Positions 50,952 through 60,848 of a stretch of DNA of 64,000 nucleotides are shown piece after piece. The notes under the pieces were generated by a model. The model saw only the letters and a list, made by a program, of their open reading frames with translations. It did no database searches and was not told where the DNA came from. The position numbers and the translations under genes are program-made. Where the stretch lies: positions 32,296 through 96,295 of the IMG/VR virus record IMGVR_UViG_3300037141_000279; one strand, written 5' to 3'. The DNA is from a virus. How positions within the stretch are numbered: position 1 is the stretch's first letter; the number at the start of each line of letters is the position of its first letter.

Positions 50952-51374
50952 CTAAAACTTCACACGCACTCGCAAAATTTCCTTCTTGTGGTTGTGGTTA
51001 CAGCAAAGGGTTTGGTATCCTGAAGGGTAGTTTTCATTGCGTAATCGGCGATATAATTCATGCCCTTTATCTTTGTTAAAGGCGGCGCGGCGCTCTTGCG
51101 CCCCATTGTCATTCACATGGTCGAGCACAAGCATGTCAATATCTGTAATCTCACACCCTGCCCAAGAGCATTGCATCTTTTGCTGCGGACCATAATGAGA
51201 TAGAACATCTGTTTTAATAGTAGTTCTGGATTTCACGGTATACTGCTGCACCTTTGGTGCTCTGCGGTCATAGACACATTGCCGACAGATGCCCGCGTTT
51301 CTTGAATGAAATTTTTCGGGGTCTATCTCGCCGCACTTGCAAATTCGTGGTTTCCTGCTACCTTTTGCTGCCAT
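50952..51374 (-). CDS. HNH-like homing endonuclease
   Basis: DIDMLVLDHVNDNG...YPSGYQTLCCNHN; paralog of 53063. Confidence 0.8.
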   Translation of the reverse strand: MAAKGSRKPRICKCGEIDPEKFHSRNAGICRQCVYDRRAPKVQQYTVKSRTTIKTDVLSHYGPQQKMQCSWAGCEITDIDMLVLDHVNDNGAQERRAAFNKDKGHELYRRLRNENYPSGYQTLCCNHNHKKEILRVRVKF

Positions 51375-51382
51375 CGTTTCCT

Positions 51383-51496
51383 CCCTTAAAGGAACCTGAG
51401 CGGGGGGCTGTTAAGGGCAGCCCCTCGTCTCGGCTAAAAGATGGTGTCGGATCAGGACACCAAACTCATGATACTCTTGCCCGATAAAACTGTCAA
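51383..51496 (-). promoter_or_regulatory. Promoter plus structured 5' leader with an SD-occluding pseudoknot
   Basis: TTGACA-17-TATCAT; two hairpins; loop CCCTTAA is complementary to TTAAGGG at the SD. Confidence 0.6.
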
Positions 51497-51511
51497 GAGA
51501 AATCTTTACGC

Positions 51512-52561
51512 CTACTTGCGATTATACGTTTCATACAGCGCCGCGTCAGGATGTTTTCCAGCCGCAATTTGCGAGTCTTTCCACGCAGCCATGATCTCTT
51601 GCGGTGATGCATTTTCCGCAAGCGTAGCCGCTGCTTTTTCAGCATCCGTTCTGGTCGGAGTAGCAGGTGCCGCAGCGCCGCCGCTCACGCCAGAACTTTG
51701 ACCGAAGAGCGAAGAGGACGATGCCGCCACGCGCGCGGGGACTACGGGAGTCACAACCGCAGCAGGAGCAACCACAGCAGCAGGGGCTGCAACAGCAGCA
51801 GGCGGTGTGTATGGAAACACAATGTTGCTTGCTTTCATTGATTGAAACGCTTGAGCCAGCGCGGCGACTTTATCTGTCGCTTCCGTCAACTCGAGCGCAG
51901 CGATTTCGCGACCGATCAGTTTCAAATTCTGGTCACCTCCAGGCCAGTCATGCCCTGCGGGACCAGTTCGGAATTCTTCAGCGGCAGCCGCCCACGACTG
52001 CTCTTCTCTGTTGCTCTCGTTCTGTTCAATCACAGCCTTCAAAGATGCAACAGGTACGCCTTGCTTGGCGAGGTATTCAGTCATCGCGCCCGATTGTTCA
52101 ATGTAATCGGCTGCGGTAATTTCACCACGTTTGAATTTCAATTCCAGTTCAATCTTGGCTTCCGCCTCGGCAGCCGCAGCTTGCGCGGCGATGGCGGGAT
52201 CAACCACAGGCACAACGGGAGCCGCTTCATTCGGCTGCACTGCGTATGCGATCTTGTATGCATTGAGAACAGCGCGATCCAGTTCAACTTCACTCAGCGC
52301 TTTGAAGGTGAATTCGTGCCCACCGATAGTCTCGGTACGCGAGAGTAGCACAGATGTTTCACCAACTGCAGCAGCGTCGGCAGCCTCTTTTTCAGCCGCT
52401 TTGTCCGCCGCCGCCTGGGCGGCAGTAGCCGTCGCAGCCGTGGCGTCCTGCTTCGCCAGTTCAGTCTGCACCGCTGCGCGGATATCGGCAGGGTTCATAG
52501 AGGCGAGAATCGCTTGGGTCAGTTCTTCGTTCGTCGGGATAGTGCGTGCATCAGTGCTCAT
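51512..52561 (-). CDS. Scaffolding protein
   Basis: A/E-rich helical protein between portal and capsid; SD GAGGAG. Confidence 0.65.
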   Translation of the reverse strand: MSTDARTIPTNEELTQAILASMNPADIRAAVQTELAKQDATAATATAAQAAADKAAEKEAADAAAVGETSVLLSRTETIGGHEFTFKALSEVELDRAVLNAYKIAYAVQPNEAAPVVPVVDPAIAAQAAAAEAEAKIELELKFKRGEITAADYIEQSGAMTEYLAKQGVPVASLKAVIEQNESNREEQSWAAAAEEFRTGPAGHDWPGGDQNLKLIGREIAALELTEATDKVAALAQAFQSMKASNIVFPYTPPAAVAAPAAVVAPAAVVTPVVPARVAASSSSLFGQSSGVSGGAAAPATPTRTDAEKAAATLAENASPQEIMAAWKDSQIAAGKHPDAALYETYNRK

Positions 52562-52634
52562 GGTGGTATGCTCCTCGAAAATACGCTTCACTTATGGAAT
52601 GGATAGTCTAAAACTGTAATAAGATTTCAGCAGA

Positions 52635-53081
52635 TCAATAGCTTCCAGGCGAACGCTGGTCGGCATCCATCGTCTCGAAGTTTTGCAGGACATGCTGGCG
52701 AACGAGGTCCCCTTGATCCATCATTTCGGTGGCGGTCATCGCGGGCATAGTTGGGAGCGTCGCCTTGGCTTCATCAAGTCCCGCTTGAATTGCGTTCTGC
52801 ATGCGTGTGATCAAGGCTTGATGCATTTCTTTTGCGGCTTGCATGCGAACCTTTAAGACGATGATCTGTTGTGAATCCCATCCACCAAAATCAGCACAAG
52901 TGTCGGCAGCATCTTGCACGAGGGTTTGAGACAGGCGAAGCAAATCCAAAAATCCTGGATGAGATCGCAAGCCAAGAAGGCGATTAGCCCTTTCGATGTT
53001 TGGTGTTGTTGCGGGTATAAAGGGAGAACCTGCCTCCGAAATCGGAATCGTTGGATTGTCGCTCATAGCAAGCCTCGGCAT
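52635..53081 (-). CDS. Hypothetical protein downstream of portal
   Basis: Context. Confidence 0.6.
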   Translation of the reverse strand: MPRLAMSDNPTIPISEAGSPFIPATTPNIERANRLLGLRSHPGFLDLLRLSQTLVQDAADTCADFGGWDSQQIIVLKVRMQAAKEMHQALITRMQNAIQAGLDEAKATLPTMPAMTATEMMDQGDLVRQHVLQNFETMDADQRSPGSY

Positions 53082-53416
53082 CTAAGAATTTCTTTTTTCT
53101 GATTGTGATTAAAGCACATGGTCTGAAAGCCTGCAGGAAAGCCACCCGTACGAAGCAGGGTGTAAATTGACATACCTGCACCTGGGGTTTTTCTGTCGTC
53201 CTTGCCGTTGTTGTTTATGTGATCTAGGCATAGCATGTCAATATCCGTCACGGGGCATGCAGGCCAAGAGCATCCCAGTATTTGGTTGGGGCTGTAATGC
53301 GTGAGCGTTTCTTGTTTGAGTTTGACACGATATGCAGTACGAACCGCTAGGTGCCTAGTCGTGTCTTTCAACCAATATGCATTGGATTTGCTTCCTGGTT
53401 TTTGTGGTCTGCCCAT
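53063..53416 (-). CDS. HNH-like homing endonuclease
   Basis: DIDMLCLDHINNNG...FPAGFQTMCFNHN; TTGACA-17-TATAAT 5 nt before the ATG. Confidence 0.8.
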   Translation of the reverse strand: MGRPQKPGSKSNAYWLKDTTRHLAVRTAYRVKLKQETLTHYSPNQILGCSWPACPVTDIDMLCLDHINNNGKDDRKTPGAGMSIYTLLRTGGFPAGFQTMCFNHNQKKEILRCRGLL

Positions 53417-53453
53417 GATTAATTATACCGACCCCCGAAGGTCTTGTCAAGCA

Positions 53454-55682
53454 CTAAAATACTGCTTTGTCCATAGTCGCGAACGCACCCTTGGCTGCCC
53501 GATCCATTCCCGCAGCTTGCGGTGTTGCGGCTTGCGCCTTCTCACGGGCTAGTTCCAAATCGTTGTTCTGATCGGTGCCCTTACCTTGTTCCTTCAAGGT
53601 GTGCTTGCCTGTCTCGACCAGCATGCGGTTCTCCGCGGCGTTGTTGTCCACATCTTTCTTCACTTCGCCTTGAGCCTTCACGATCCCCAGCTTGCCCTGC
53701 ATTGCGGCCTGCTGCGTGTTCGCCATCATGCGCTGCTTGTCGCTGTCGTCCATCGGGACGATGATCTTTTCCTTGTACGGCACGCCGAAGGAATCGTACA
53801 GTGCTTCGAACATCGCATTGTAGTCCAGTTTCATCGCTTGGACTGCGAGGTTCTCAACAGTCCCTGGAGACTGCAGGAATGTCTGCAAGATACCCATGTA
53901 CTTGTTCAAGGCTTCGCGTGACGCAAGTTTGGTACCCGCAGAGATGTCGACACGATACGTGCCATTCAAAATATCCAACGGAGTGGCTTTGAACGCCGAT
54001 CCGAGAGCATCCGACAACAGCCCGCGAATTTGCGACGGCTTCAATTTCTGGTTTTGCTCCATGCAGAATTCAAGGAACGGAATGAACACTTGTTCCGAGA
54101 TTACGTCGACCAAATCCTGCAACTTCACAGATTCGCCGCCCGTTACCGCTGCGACGCCGCCTGGAGTGCGCATATCGCCCGCTGCGCCAGGATTTGAGCC
54201 CATGGTGCTCGGACCTGCGCCTGAAATGCTCGCCGCCCATGCTTTCATCTGTGCTATGACCGCCAAAGGTTCTTGCGCGTTCACTGAGTTGCGCGTGAGG
54301 GGCTTGATTTCTCCCTGCGCATCACTTTTGAAGATTTTTCCTGGGAAAATCCACTGTGCCTGCGCGGAATTGTTCGCGCCAGCAGGTGACGTGTAAGTTC
54401 CCATCAAATTCAAGTTCATGTCGTCCAAAAACGCGTTGATGACGCCCTGGCAGACGCGTTGGAAGTCGGTCAGCCAATAAGCAATGCCGTAGCCGTGCGC
54501 GGAGTCAGGCGCATTGCGGAAACAGAAGCCCAAAAACGGGACGCGACCGAAATTATGCGTTTCGTTCAGAAGAATGTACTCTTTTCCGAGCACGACGCAA
54601 TGCCGAGTGGCCGTCCAGTAGTCAAATATCTCAAATTTGCGCATCAACGGGTCGTGCGCGGTGCGTTCGGTGTAATTTTCGGGCAGCGCCTTCTGTGGCG
54701 TGGTCGTTTGCTGAAAAATTGGGTTTCCAGTATTCGATCCGAGCGTTTCCAGCGGGTTTGTAGCGGACTGACTCTGCATTTGCGGAGTCGTCAACTTCAC
54801 AATCTGTTCGCGGGTGGGAATCTTCCAGCCGTCGGTGTGCCGCAGCGCATCGAGGTCGTAACCTGTCGAGTAAATAATGCGTCCGAACCATTCCGCAACG
54901 CGGGGATCGCCGCGGCGCAGGTCGGGGGCGTAGCGGGCGCGCCGAATAGGCACATGCTCCAGCTTCGGCATGTTGATTTCGATGATGCTGACCACTTTTT
55001 CTTCAATATCGTCTTCATCAATGTCAGGTACATTGAATAGAACGCCGTTGATGGATGTAGACACATCATGGCGCTTCTGAACTTTCTTGATGATATTCTT
55101 TTTTATCTTCTGCCAGCCGTAATGCGCGACGCCGAACCCATAAAACAGTCCGTCGTACGTGATTTCCCGCATTTCAGTTTTGGCTGAGACGCCTTTGTAC
55201 CCACAGGTCTTCAATTGCGCGTTCAAAATAGCTTGCTGGGCCTCGGCGCACTCCAAAGGTGTGCCTGAAGTTGCATCTATCTTGAAAGACTGGTATCCGC
55301 CGAGCAATGTTTGGTTAACGACGCTGTGAATGCTGTAAAATTGTTCTGCGACGAGAGGCACGCCGAGGTGAGAACGCAATTGATCGCTGCCCTTCCACTT
55401 GACGGGGTCGACCCAGGCGCGCAACATGATCTCGGCGAGGTTCCATCTGCCGATTAACCCTCTAGTTGCAATGAATGATTCACTCTCTTCTCGGTTGAGG
55501 TTCGCCTCTTTAAGAAGGCTGAGATCAGATCGAGATTGGTCAGGAAAAGCAACCTCAGTAGGTCCAATAGGCAGTGCTAACTCACCATAAGGCTTCGCCC
55601 CAGGAAGGTCGAGAATCCGCATCTGGCCAGAATCTACGAAGTGCGAGGTCGAATCGATGTCTTTTTTGTATTCGTCAGCCAC
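53454..55682 (-). CDS. Portal protein
   Basis: ~740 aa after terminase; DGLFYGFGV, HNFGRVPF, YGIA, Q-rich C-terminus. Confidence 0.8.
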   Translation of the reverse strand: MADEYKKDIDSTSHFVDSGQMRILDLPGAKPYGELALPIGPTEVAFPDQSRSDLSLLKEANLNREESESFIATRGLIGRWNLAEIMLRAWVDPVKWKGSDQLRSHLGVPLVAEQFYSIHSVVNQTLLGGYQSFKIDATSGTPLECAEAQQAILNAQLKTCGYKGVSAKTEMREITYDGLFYGFGVAHYGWQKIKKNIIKKVQKRHDVSTSINGVLFNVPDIDEDDIEEKVVSIIEINMPKLEHVPIRRARYAPDLRRGDPRVAEWFGRIIYSTGYDLDALRHTDGWKIPTREQIVKLTTPQMQSQSATNPLETLGSNTGNPIFQQTTTPQKALPENYTERTAHDPLMRKFEIFDYWTATRHCVVLGKEYILLNETHNFGRVPFLGFCFRNAPDSAHGYGIAYWLTDFQRVCQGVINAFLDDMNLNLMGTYTSPAGANNSAQAQWIFPGKIFKSDAQGEIKPLTRNSVNAQEPLAVIAQMKAWAASISGAGPSTMGSNPGAAGDMRTPGGVAAVTGGESVKLQDLVDVISEQVFIPFLEFCMEQNQKLKPSQIRGLLSDALGSAFKATPLDILNGTYRVDISAGTKLASREALNKYMGILQTFLQSPGTVENLAVQAMKLDYNAMFEALYDSFGVPYKEKIIVPMDDSDKQRMMANTQQAAMQGKLGIVKAQGEVKKDVDNNAAENRMLVETGKHTLKEQGKGTDQNNDLELAREKAQAATPQAAGMDRAAKGAFATMDKAVF

Positions 55683-55683
55683 T

Positions 55684-56205
55684 TTAGCCCCACGCAACAG
55701 TGTTCAAAAATTTAGTTAAGGATTCTTTTGCCTTTGATTCGGCGGACATTGTAAAACCGCCTCTTGCTTGTCGGGTAGCAACTCGTTTAGCGATCACATC
55801 GTCCGACCAGACTCGCCCTTTATGCATCTGTGCTAAGTTCTTTTTGAACTCAGGAGACCGAGCGGGTCCTGCCCCGAGTTTGCGACCCAAACGACTAAGA
55901 GACATGCTGGTTTTGGCTTTCTGTGTATGTCGGTACCCACTAATGCCTTCACCACCATCGGACATATTGCGGAGGCAGCCCAAGCCAAGGTCTTTGCGAC
56001 CAAAAAACCGAATCAAACCACGCTCAAACTCAAATGCGGCATCCTCATTCACCTGCGGAAACACCACAATCCGAGAACGATCTGTCGGAGGGTGCTGGCG
56101 ATGCCCGATTCCTTTAATAAACGCCCTATTTCCACACCCTTTGCCTGCATAGTAGGGTGTTCTGTCGTCCCGAAGCCACAGATAGGCATAGAATTGGGCG
56201 CTCAT
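55684..56205 (-). CDS. GIY-YIG-like homing endonuclease
   Basis: FYAYLWLRDDRTPYYAGKG; paralog of 10626. Confidence 0.85.
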   Translation of the reverse strand: MSAQFYAYLWLRDDRTPYYAGKGCGNRAFIKGIGHRQHPPTDRSRIVVFPQVNEDAAFEFERGLIRFFGRKDLGLGCLRNMSDGGEGISGYRHTQKAKTSMSLSRLGRKLGAGPARSPEFKKNLAQMHKGRVWSDDVIAKRVATRQARGGFTMSAESKAKESLTKFLNTVAWG

Positions 56206-56236
56206 ACCATTCACTTATGGAACCAAAAGTCTTGTT

Positions 56237-58195
56237 TTACTCCATGCCGCAGGCTTGCGAGCCGTCGTTTCGTCCATCACCCTCAATAATCTGTTCTTGA
56301 GCTAAACTCTTGAGCCAACCCTTCATCGAGTCCACTGGCCGTAGGGCGGTGGTCTGATAATTCGTCGGTGCGGCAATTACCATGCCTGCCGTGTCTGCGA
56401 AATCATCGTGACGACCCAGTTTCGGCCACTTCACAAGCTGGTTCGTGAGAATTTGGTACCCAGGCATGCCCGCGTAAAACCACAACCGACCCTGGTCAAG
56501 CGGACCTTTGACCGAACCGATCCGAATCAGCTTCGCGTTATCTGCTTGGGACCCCTTCTCCCATTGAATCGGAACTTTCTGAAGCCCCTTGGTCATGGCA
56601 GCGGCGCTGATGACATTGTTGTATGCTTCCCAACCATTGAATTTTTCGTAATACAGGATGTTAGGTCTCCACTTCCATAGCGCGGTGAGTGTGTTTTCCG
56701 CAACAGCACTGGAATCCCAATTACCATAGAGACAGTCAAAGATGAAAATCTGGCCTTGGGAGAGACGGCACGCGAACAGCACGGAAAAATCACGTCCCTC
56801 TTGACCCACGTACGCGAGGTCGCCAACCACAAAAGTCAGGCCCATCGAGTAGTCGGGAATCTGAGTCAGGTTGTGCAGAGTCTGCCGCCCGATCAGAGTC
56901 TCTGTGAACGTCTGCGAACCTGTGGCAATCGGTTTGTTCTCATACTGGTTCGCGAAAAACTCTGCACCCAACAGAATCCGTTCGCCTTCCAGAAACTCCA
57001 ACGTATGCCCGATAGACCGACCGTCGTGCGTGCGCGTCTGTGGGAAAAGCACACCCTTGTTGCCGCGGGCTTTGAACCCAATGCAACCGCACCCAGGCAC
57101 AATGCATGGAGGCTCCAGCATGTTCACGTTGTAGTCGTGGTACACGTCGGTGTGAGTGCAATTCTGGCAGCCCATGCTCCAGCAATCGCGGATAGAAAAC
57201 TTCCAAATCGTGCGTCCCAGTTCGCGCTCTTCTTTCTTCGCGGTATCCTGAATCAATTCGTATGTGTCTCCGAAAGTGTAGCGCGTTCCCGTCATGTTGA
57301 TGTAACCTGTCGGCTCCAGAAGCGGGCAGATAGCGATGTAATCGTCAAAGCACTTCTCCAGAAGTTTGGCGCTTTTGTAATTGTTTTCGTTCACCAAGTC
57401 GTCAATGAAAATCGCTTCGTAGTGCGACCCTGCTTTGACCGACCGCGCTGTTGATATCGCAAACGTCGGTTCGGCGAAGATATCGGTGGTGCGGCATGGG
57501 ACTGTAAATTCATGAGCGTTGCCCATCTTGGCTGGCACATCTTCCCAGGCCCGCACAGAAACCATCTTTCCGATCACCTTTTCCCCATTAACTACTTGAA
57601 CTGTGTTCCCTTTCGGGTCCTCTTGGAAGAGTTTGCGTTTCACTTCCTTGCTGACCAAACAATATTCGGGAAATAGAAAGGAGAAGCGTTTCGTCGGCTT
57701 TTCGAACACACGCTTGACACGCGCGAGTTGGCGTTTCGCAAGGGTGTCGCCGCCCGTTAGAAAGCAAATGCGGACGTTCGGATAGTTCAGAATCATCTGC
57801 GTGATGTATACCACAACAGATGATGTTTTGAAGATACCGCGAGGCCACAGAATCATGCGCTTCTTGGTGACCTGATCCAAGTCGGACAGAACTAGACCTT
57901 CGCCTGGACGAAATTGCACGTACTGGTCGAAGAGTAGTTGGTGCGGATCGGGCTGGAAATCCATGCCTATGATTGGCACGAATTCGTCAGGGAGATTCGG
58001 GTCTCCGATTTTTTCGGCGACGGCGAAGCCACTCAAATATAGGGGGTACTTCAGGCACTTGAACCGCTCGGTGTACCATTTGCTTTTTTCGTCAGAAGTG
58101 GCGTTCTCAAGCCAATGCACGAACTGTTTGGGGAAGTTCGTGAGGTCAACAGATGCACGGTACTTTTCGAAGATGATTGGGTCTACTTCAAACAT
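56237..58195 (-). CDS. Terminase large subunit
   Basis: ILWPRGIFKTS, IFIDDL, GTRY, FANQYEN, GDLA, HDDFAD. Confidence 0.9.
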   Translation of the reverse strand: MFEVDPIIFEKYRASVDLTNFPKQFVHWLENATSDEKSKWYTERFKCLKYPLYLSGFAVAEKIGDPNLPDEFVPIIGMDFQPDPHQLLFDQYVQFRPGEGLVLSDLDQVTKKRMILWPRGIFKTSSVVVYITQMILNYPNVRICFLTGGDTLAKRQLARVKRVFEKPTKRFSFLFPEYCLVSKEVKRKLFQEDPKGNTVQVVNGEKVIGKMVSVRAWEDVPAKMGNAHEFTVPCRTTDIFAEPTFAISTARSVKAGSHYEAIFIDDLVNENNYKSAKLLEKCFDDYIAICPLLEPTGYINMTGTRYTFGDTYELIQDTAKKEERELGRTIWKFSIRDCWSMGCQNCTHTDVYHDYNVNMLEPPCIVPGCGCIGFKARGNKGVLFPQTRTHDGRSIGHTLEFLEGERILLGAEFFANQYENKPIATGSQTFTETLIGRQTLHNLTQIPDYSMGLTFVVGDLAYVGQEGRDFSVLFACRLSQGQIFIFDCLYGNWDSSAVAENTLTALWKWRPNILYYEKFNGWEAYNNVISAAAMTKGLQKVPIQWEKGSQADNAKLIRIGSVKGPLDQGRLWFYAGMPGYQILTNQLVKWPKLGRHDDFADTAGMVIAAPTNYQTTALRPVDSMKGWLKSLAQEQIIEGDGRNDGSQACGME

Positions 58196-58218
58196 GGGCT
58201 GCTCCCCACATAAAAAAC

Positions 58219-59979
58219 TTATTTATTCTCGTGCGGTCCTGTTATCGTTCTGATTCGCGTCCGTTGAAAGATGTTCGTGCTGACGTAAGAGACGAAAGGC
58301 ACGGAGGACGTAGTGATCGTCAACGCACCCGCCAGGGTTCCAGTTTGCGTGTCTGCGTTCGTGACGGTGACGTCGCGCGCGCCCAGCGGCGTGGTGCAAT
58401 CTACGGTGATATTCGCGGTGATCGTTGTCGAGTTCTGAACCGAGTAAGAATTGACTGTGATGCCTGATGCCGAGACACTTCCCGCAACGAAATTAGTCAC
58501 GGTCGTGTCTGACTGTACTACGGCGAAATCCACGTTCAATGATGGACTGCCCGATGCCGTTGTTGCATCGGTTACTGAAATAATCTGAACGCCGTTATGT
58601 AAAACAAAGATTGTTGTCCCGATAGCCCCTAATGTGACGACATCCCCAGTTGAGAGAGTGCCAGATGCCGTACCAATCAGTGTAAACGCTGCAGTATACA
58701 GGGTGAATGTACCCGGTGAATAAGTAATAGCATACCCAGTCGATTGTGCGAGGTTAGTCCTAATGTACGGATATGCGCCTGATGCAAGTGCACCCATCGT
58801 AATTGAAACGTACTGATCGTTGGGAAAAGAAATTCCTGTATACATGTCTGCGCCATAGAAGTCGGTCGGCCCGCCACCAACGCAGACATTGCTTAGAGTT
58901 TGAAGTGCGGGATATCCTCCTGTGACCTCAGTCCACTTCGCGGGATTGAGCGGACCATCCGCTTGGTGGAAATTGTCCGTCGCCAAGGGTGTGAGTACAG
59001 GACTAAACGACAAAGTGCCTGTATGGAAATTGGTTCCTGTGACCGTGATATTAAAGGTTCCGCACTGCGCGACGGTCGGCGGCGAGACAGAAACAGGAAC
59101 AGGGGCACCAGAAGTGACCGTGAACCCGCCGCTTGTTATGGCCGAGATCGTTCCAGTTTGGGAGTCAGCGTTCGTGACAATGACATCTCGTGCGGTCAAA
59201 GCAGCATTGAATGCGATGGTGATATTGGCAACCAACGTCGTCGCGTTGCGTGTGCCGTAGGAATTGACTGTGATTCCCGTACCAGAGAATGAAAGAGTTG
59301 CTGGTCCTGTGAGAGCAGGTGTAGTTGCAGTAAAGCCTGTGCCCTGTACCAACGCTGGGACTTGAGTCAGGTTTCCAAGCGGGGTGTATTCGGCAATCAC
59401 AATATCGGTAACACTAGACCCATAAGATACGGTAACGGTATTGGCTCCCGCCGCGCAGTTTGGTGCATACCAAGCCTGTTGCCAATAGTTGGTGAGACTC
59501 ATATGCTGACTGAACAGAGGCAACCAAACGTTACCCTGCGAATCGACTATCGTCATCGGAAAGTTACCGTAGTTTGTAGCAGATACGATTAGGGTGTTGC
59601 CAACTGTATTGGCCGATCCATACGCCAGCACGTTAGTAAGGCCAGCACTAAATTGGCTCAGTCCCTGAACAAAGGTTGGGGCAACTAATCCATCAAAAGC
59701 CGCTATGGCCGAGAACCAATTCTGGGATGTATTTATAGTAAAACTCGCTGTCCCGTTCCCGTCGACACTTACTCCATGACTAATTTTGTTGTTTGGTCTG
59801 GTTGGTGTAGCATCTAGTGAGGGAGTCCCTGCGATAATAGAGGTACTTCCACACCCCGCAAAAGCAATAAAGTTCTCCGTGACAGACGGAGTAAAGTTCG
59901 TGCCTGTGACTGTAACGTTTCCTGTAAAGCCTTGCGCATCGCTTGACGGCGAGATGCTGACTGGGTTTGGGGGTGGCAT
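58219..59979 (-). CDS. IPT/TIG-domain virion surface protein
   Basis: 2x SxSP...VTGTNF...ANIT...ARDVxVTNAD, each interrupted by a beta-rich domain. Confidence 0.7.
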   Translation of the reverse strand: MPPPNPVSISPSSDAQGFTGNVTVTGTNFTPSVTENFIAFAGCGSTSIIAGTPSLDATPTRPNNKISHGVSVDGNGTASFTINTSQNWFSAIAAFDGLVAPTFVQGLSQFSAGLTNVLAYGSANTVGNTLIVSATNYGNFPMTIVDSQGNVWLPLFSQHMSLTNYWQQAWYAPNCAAGANTVTVSYGSSVTDIVIAEYTPLGNLTQVPALVQGTGFTATTPALTGPATLSFSGTGITVNSYGTRNATTLVANITIAFNAALTARDVIVTNADSQTGTISAITSGGFTVTSGAPVPVSVSPPTVAQCGTFNITVTGTNFHTGTLSFSPVLTPLATDNFHQADGPLNPAKWTEVTGGYPALQTLSNVCVGGGPTDFYGADMYTGISFPNDQYVSITMGALASGAYPYIRTNLAQSTGYAITYSPGTFTLYTAAFTLIGTASGTLSTGDVVTLGAIGTTIFVLHNGVQIISVTDATTASGSPSLNVDFAVVQSDTTVTNFVAGSVSASGITVNSYSVQNSTTITANITVDCTTPLGARDVTVTNADTQTGTLAGALTITTSSVPFVSYVSTNIFQRTRIRTITGPHENK

Positions 59980-60062
59980 TATCGCACCACACGCCTGATG
60001 GGATTAGCATCCGCGCTGATAAAATTGTCCGATATTGATGGAGTGAGGATCAAAGACATCGG

Positions 60063-60803
60063 CTACACCTTTGTTAATTTTGAGTCGCACAAACTACAAT
60101 TTGAATTCAAAACCCCGCGATTCACATGCCAGCGGGTGTGTCTGGCTCTGTCTAGTGCGCTGTGCTCGTCCGCAATCTGTTCGACAGTGTATCCACTTCG
60201 CGTTTGAGCCCGACTTTCTAGTCCTTTGGTGATTTCTTCAGGAGACCGTTTCTGCCCGAGACGCGCTTTCATCCCTTTGTTTGCGATACTGATTTTGGCT
60301 CTCGTTTCTTCTGAATGACTTTTCCCCGAGCGGTACTTGTTTCCTGCGCTGCGCTCTGTCATCATCTGGCGAAACTTGGGGTCAAGCCATCGCTCGGTCA
60401 TGTGATGGCTGATACGAATATGTCCTTCGGGTTTCTCCCAATATGCCTGAACCCTCGCAAGAGTTTCTCGTCTCCACTCTTCGGTATGCGGTCCCGTGAA
60501 TCCTTCGCCGCCGTCACAGATGTTGTACCCAACTTCAGGGTGTTGCGTTTTCAAAACTTGGATGAAGTGTTTTTCAAGTTCATCCAGTTCTTTTCGGTCT
60601 GCGATGTCCGAAACCAGCGGATGAATGCTCCACGATTCCCGAGGATGTTTTCGCATCGAGGCGTAAATATGTGACCGTGTGCCTGACGTGTGGTGATTAG
60701 CGTCCCAAAACTTCCGAGACAGATACTTCCCCAAATCATCACCTTTGTGTTGCCCGACGTAAATCTTCAAAGTCTCGTTGCAAACAATCACATAGATGAA
60801 CAT
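60063..60803 (-). CDS. GIY-YIG homing endonuclease, NUMOD3
   Basis: Paralog of 8484 and 16102; HSEETRAKIS. Confidence 0.9.
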   Translation of the reverse strand: MFIYVIVCNETLKIYVGQHKGDDLGKYLSRKFWDANHHTSGTRSHIYASMRKHPRESWSIHPLVSDIADRKELDELEKHFIQVLKTQHPEVGYNICDGGEGFTGPHTEEWRRETLARVQAYWEKPEGHIRISHHMTERWLDPKFRQMMTERSAGNKYRSGKSHSEETRAKISIANKGMKARLGQKRSPEEITKGLESRAQTRSGYTVEQIADEHSALDRARHTRWHVNRGVLNSNCSLCDSKLTKV

Positions 60804-60848
60804 TTTGGCTCTCCTATCTATGGAAAGGAAAGTCCAAAAGTTACGAAA

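Noticed and set aside
23035-58195. Introns or inteins in nrdJ, the polymerase, terminase or capsid genes
   Set aside because: The ORFs are continuous and of normal size; the endonucleases lie between genes.
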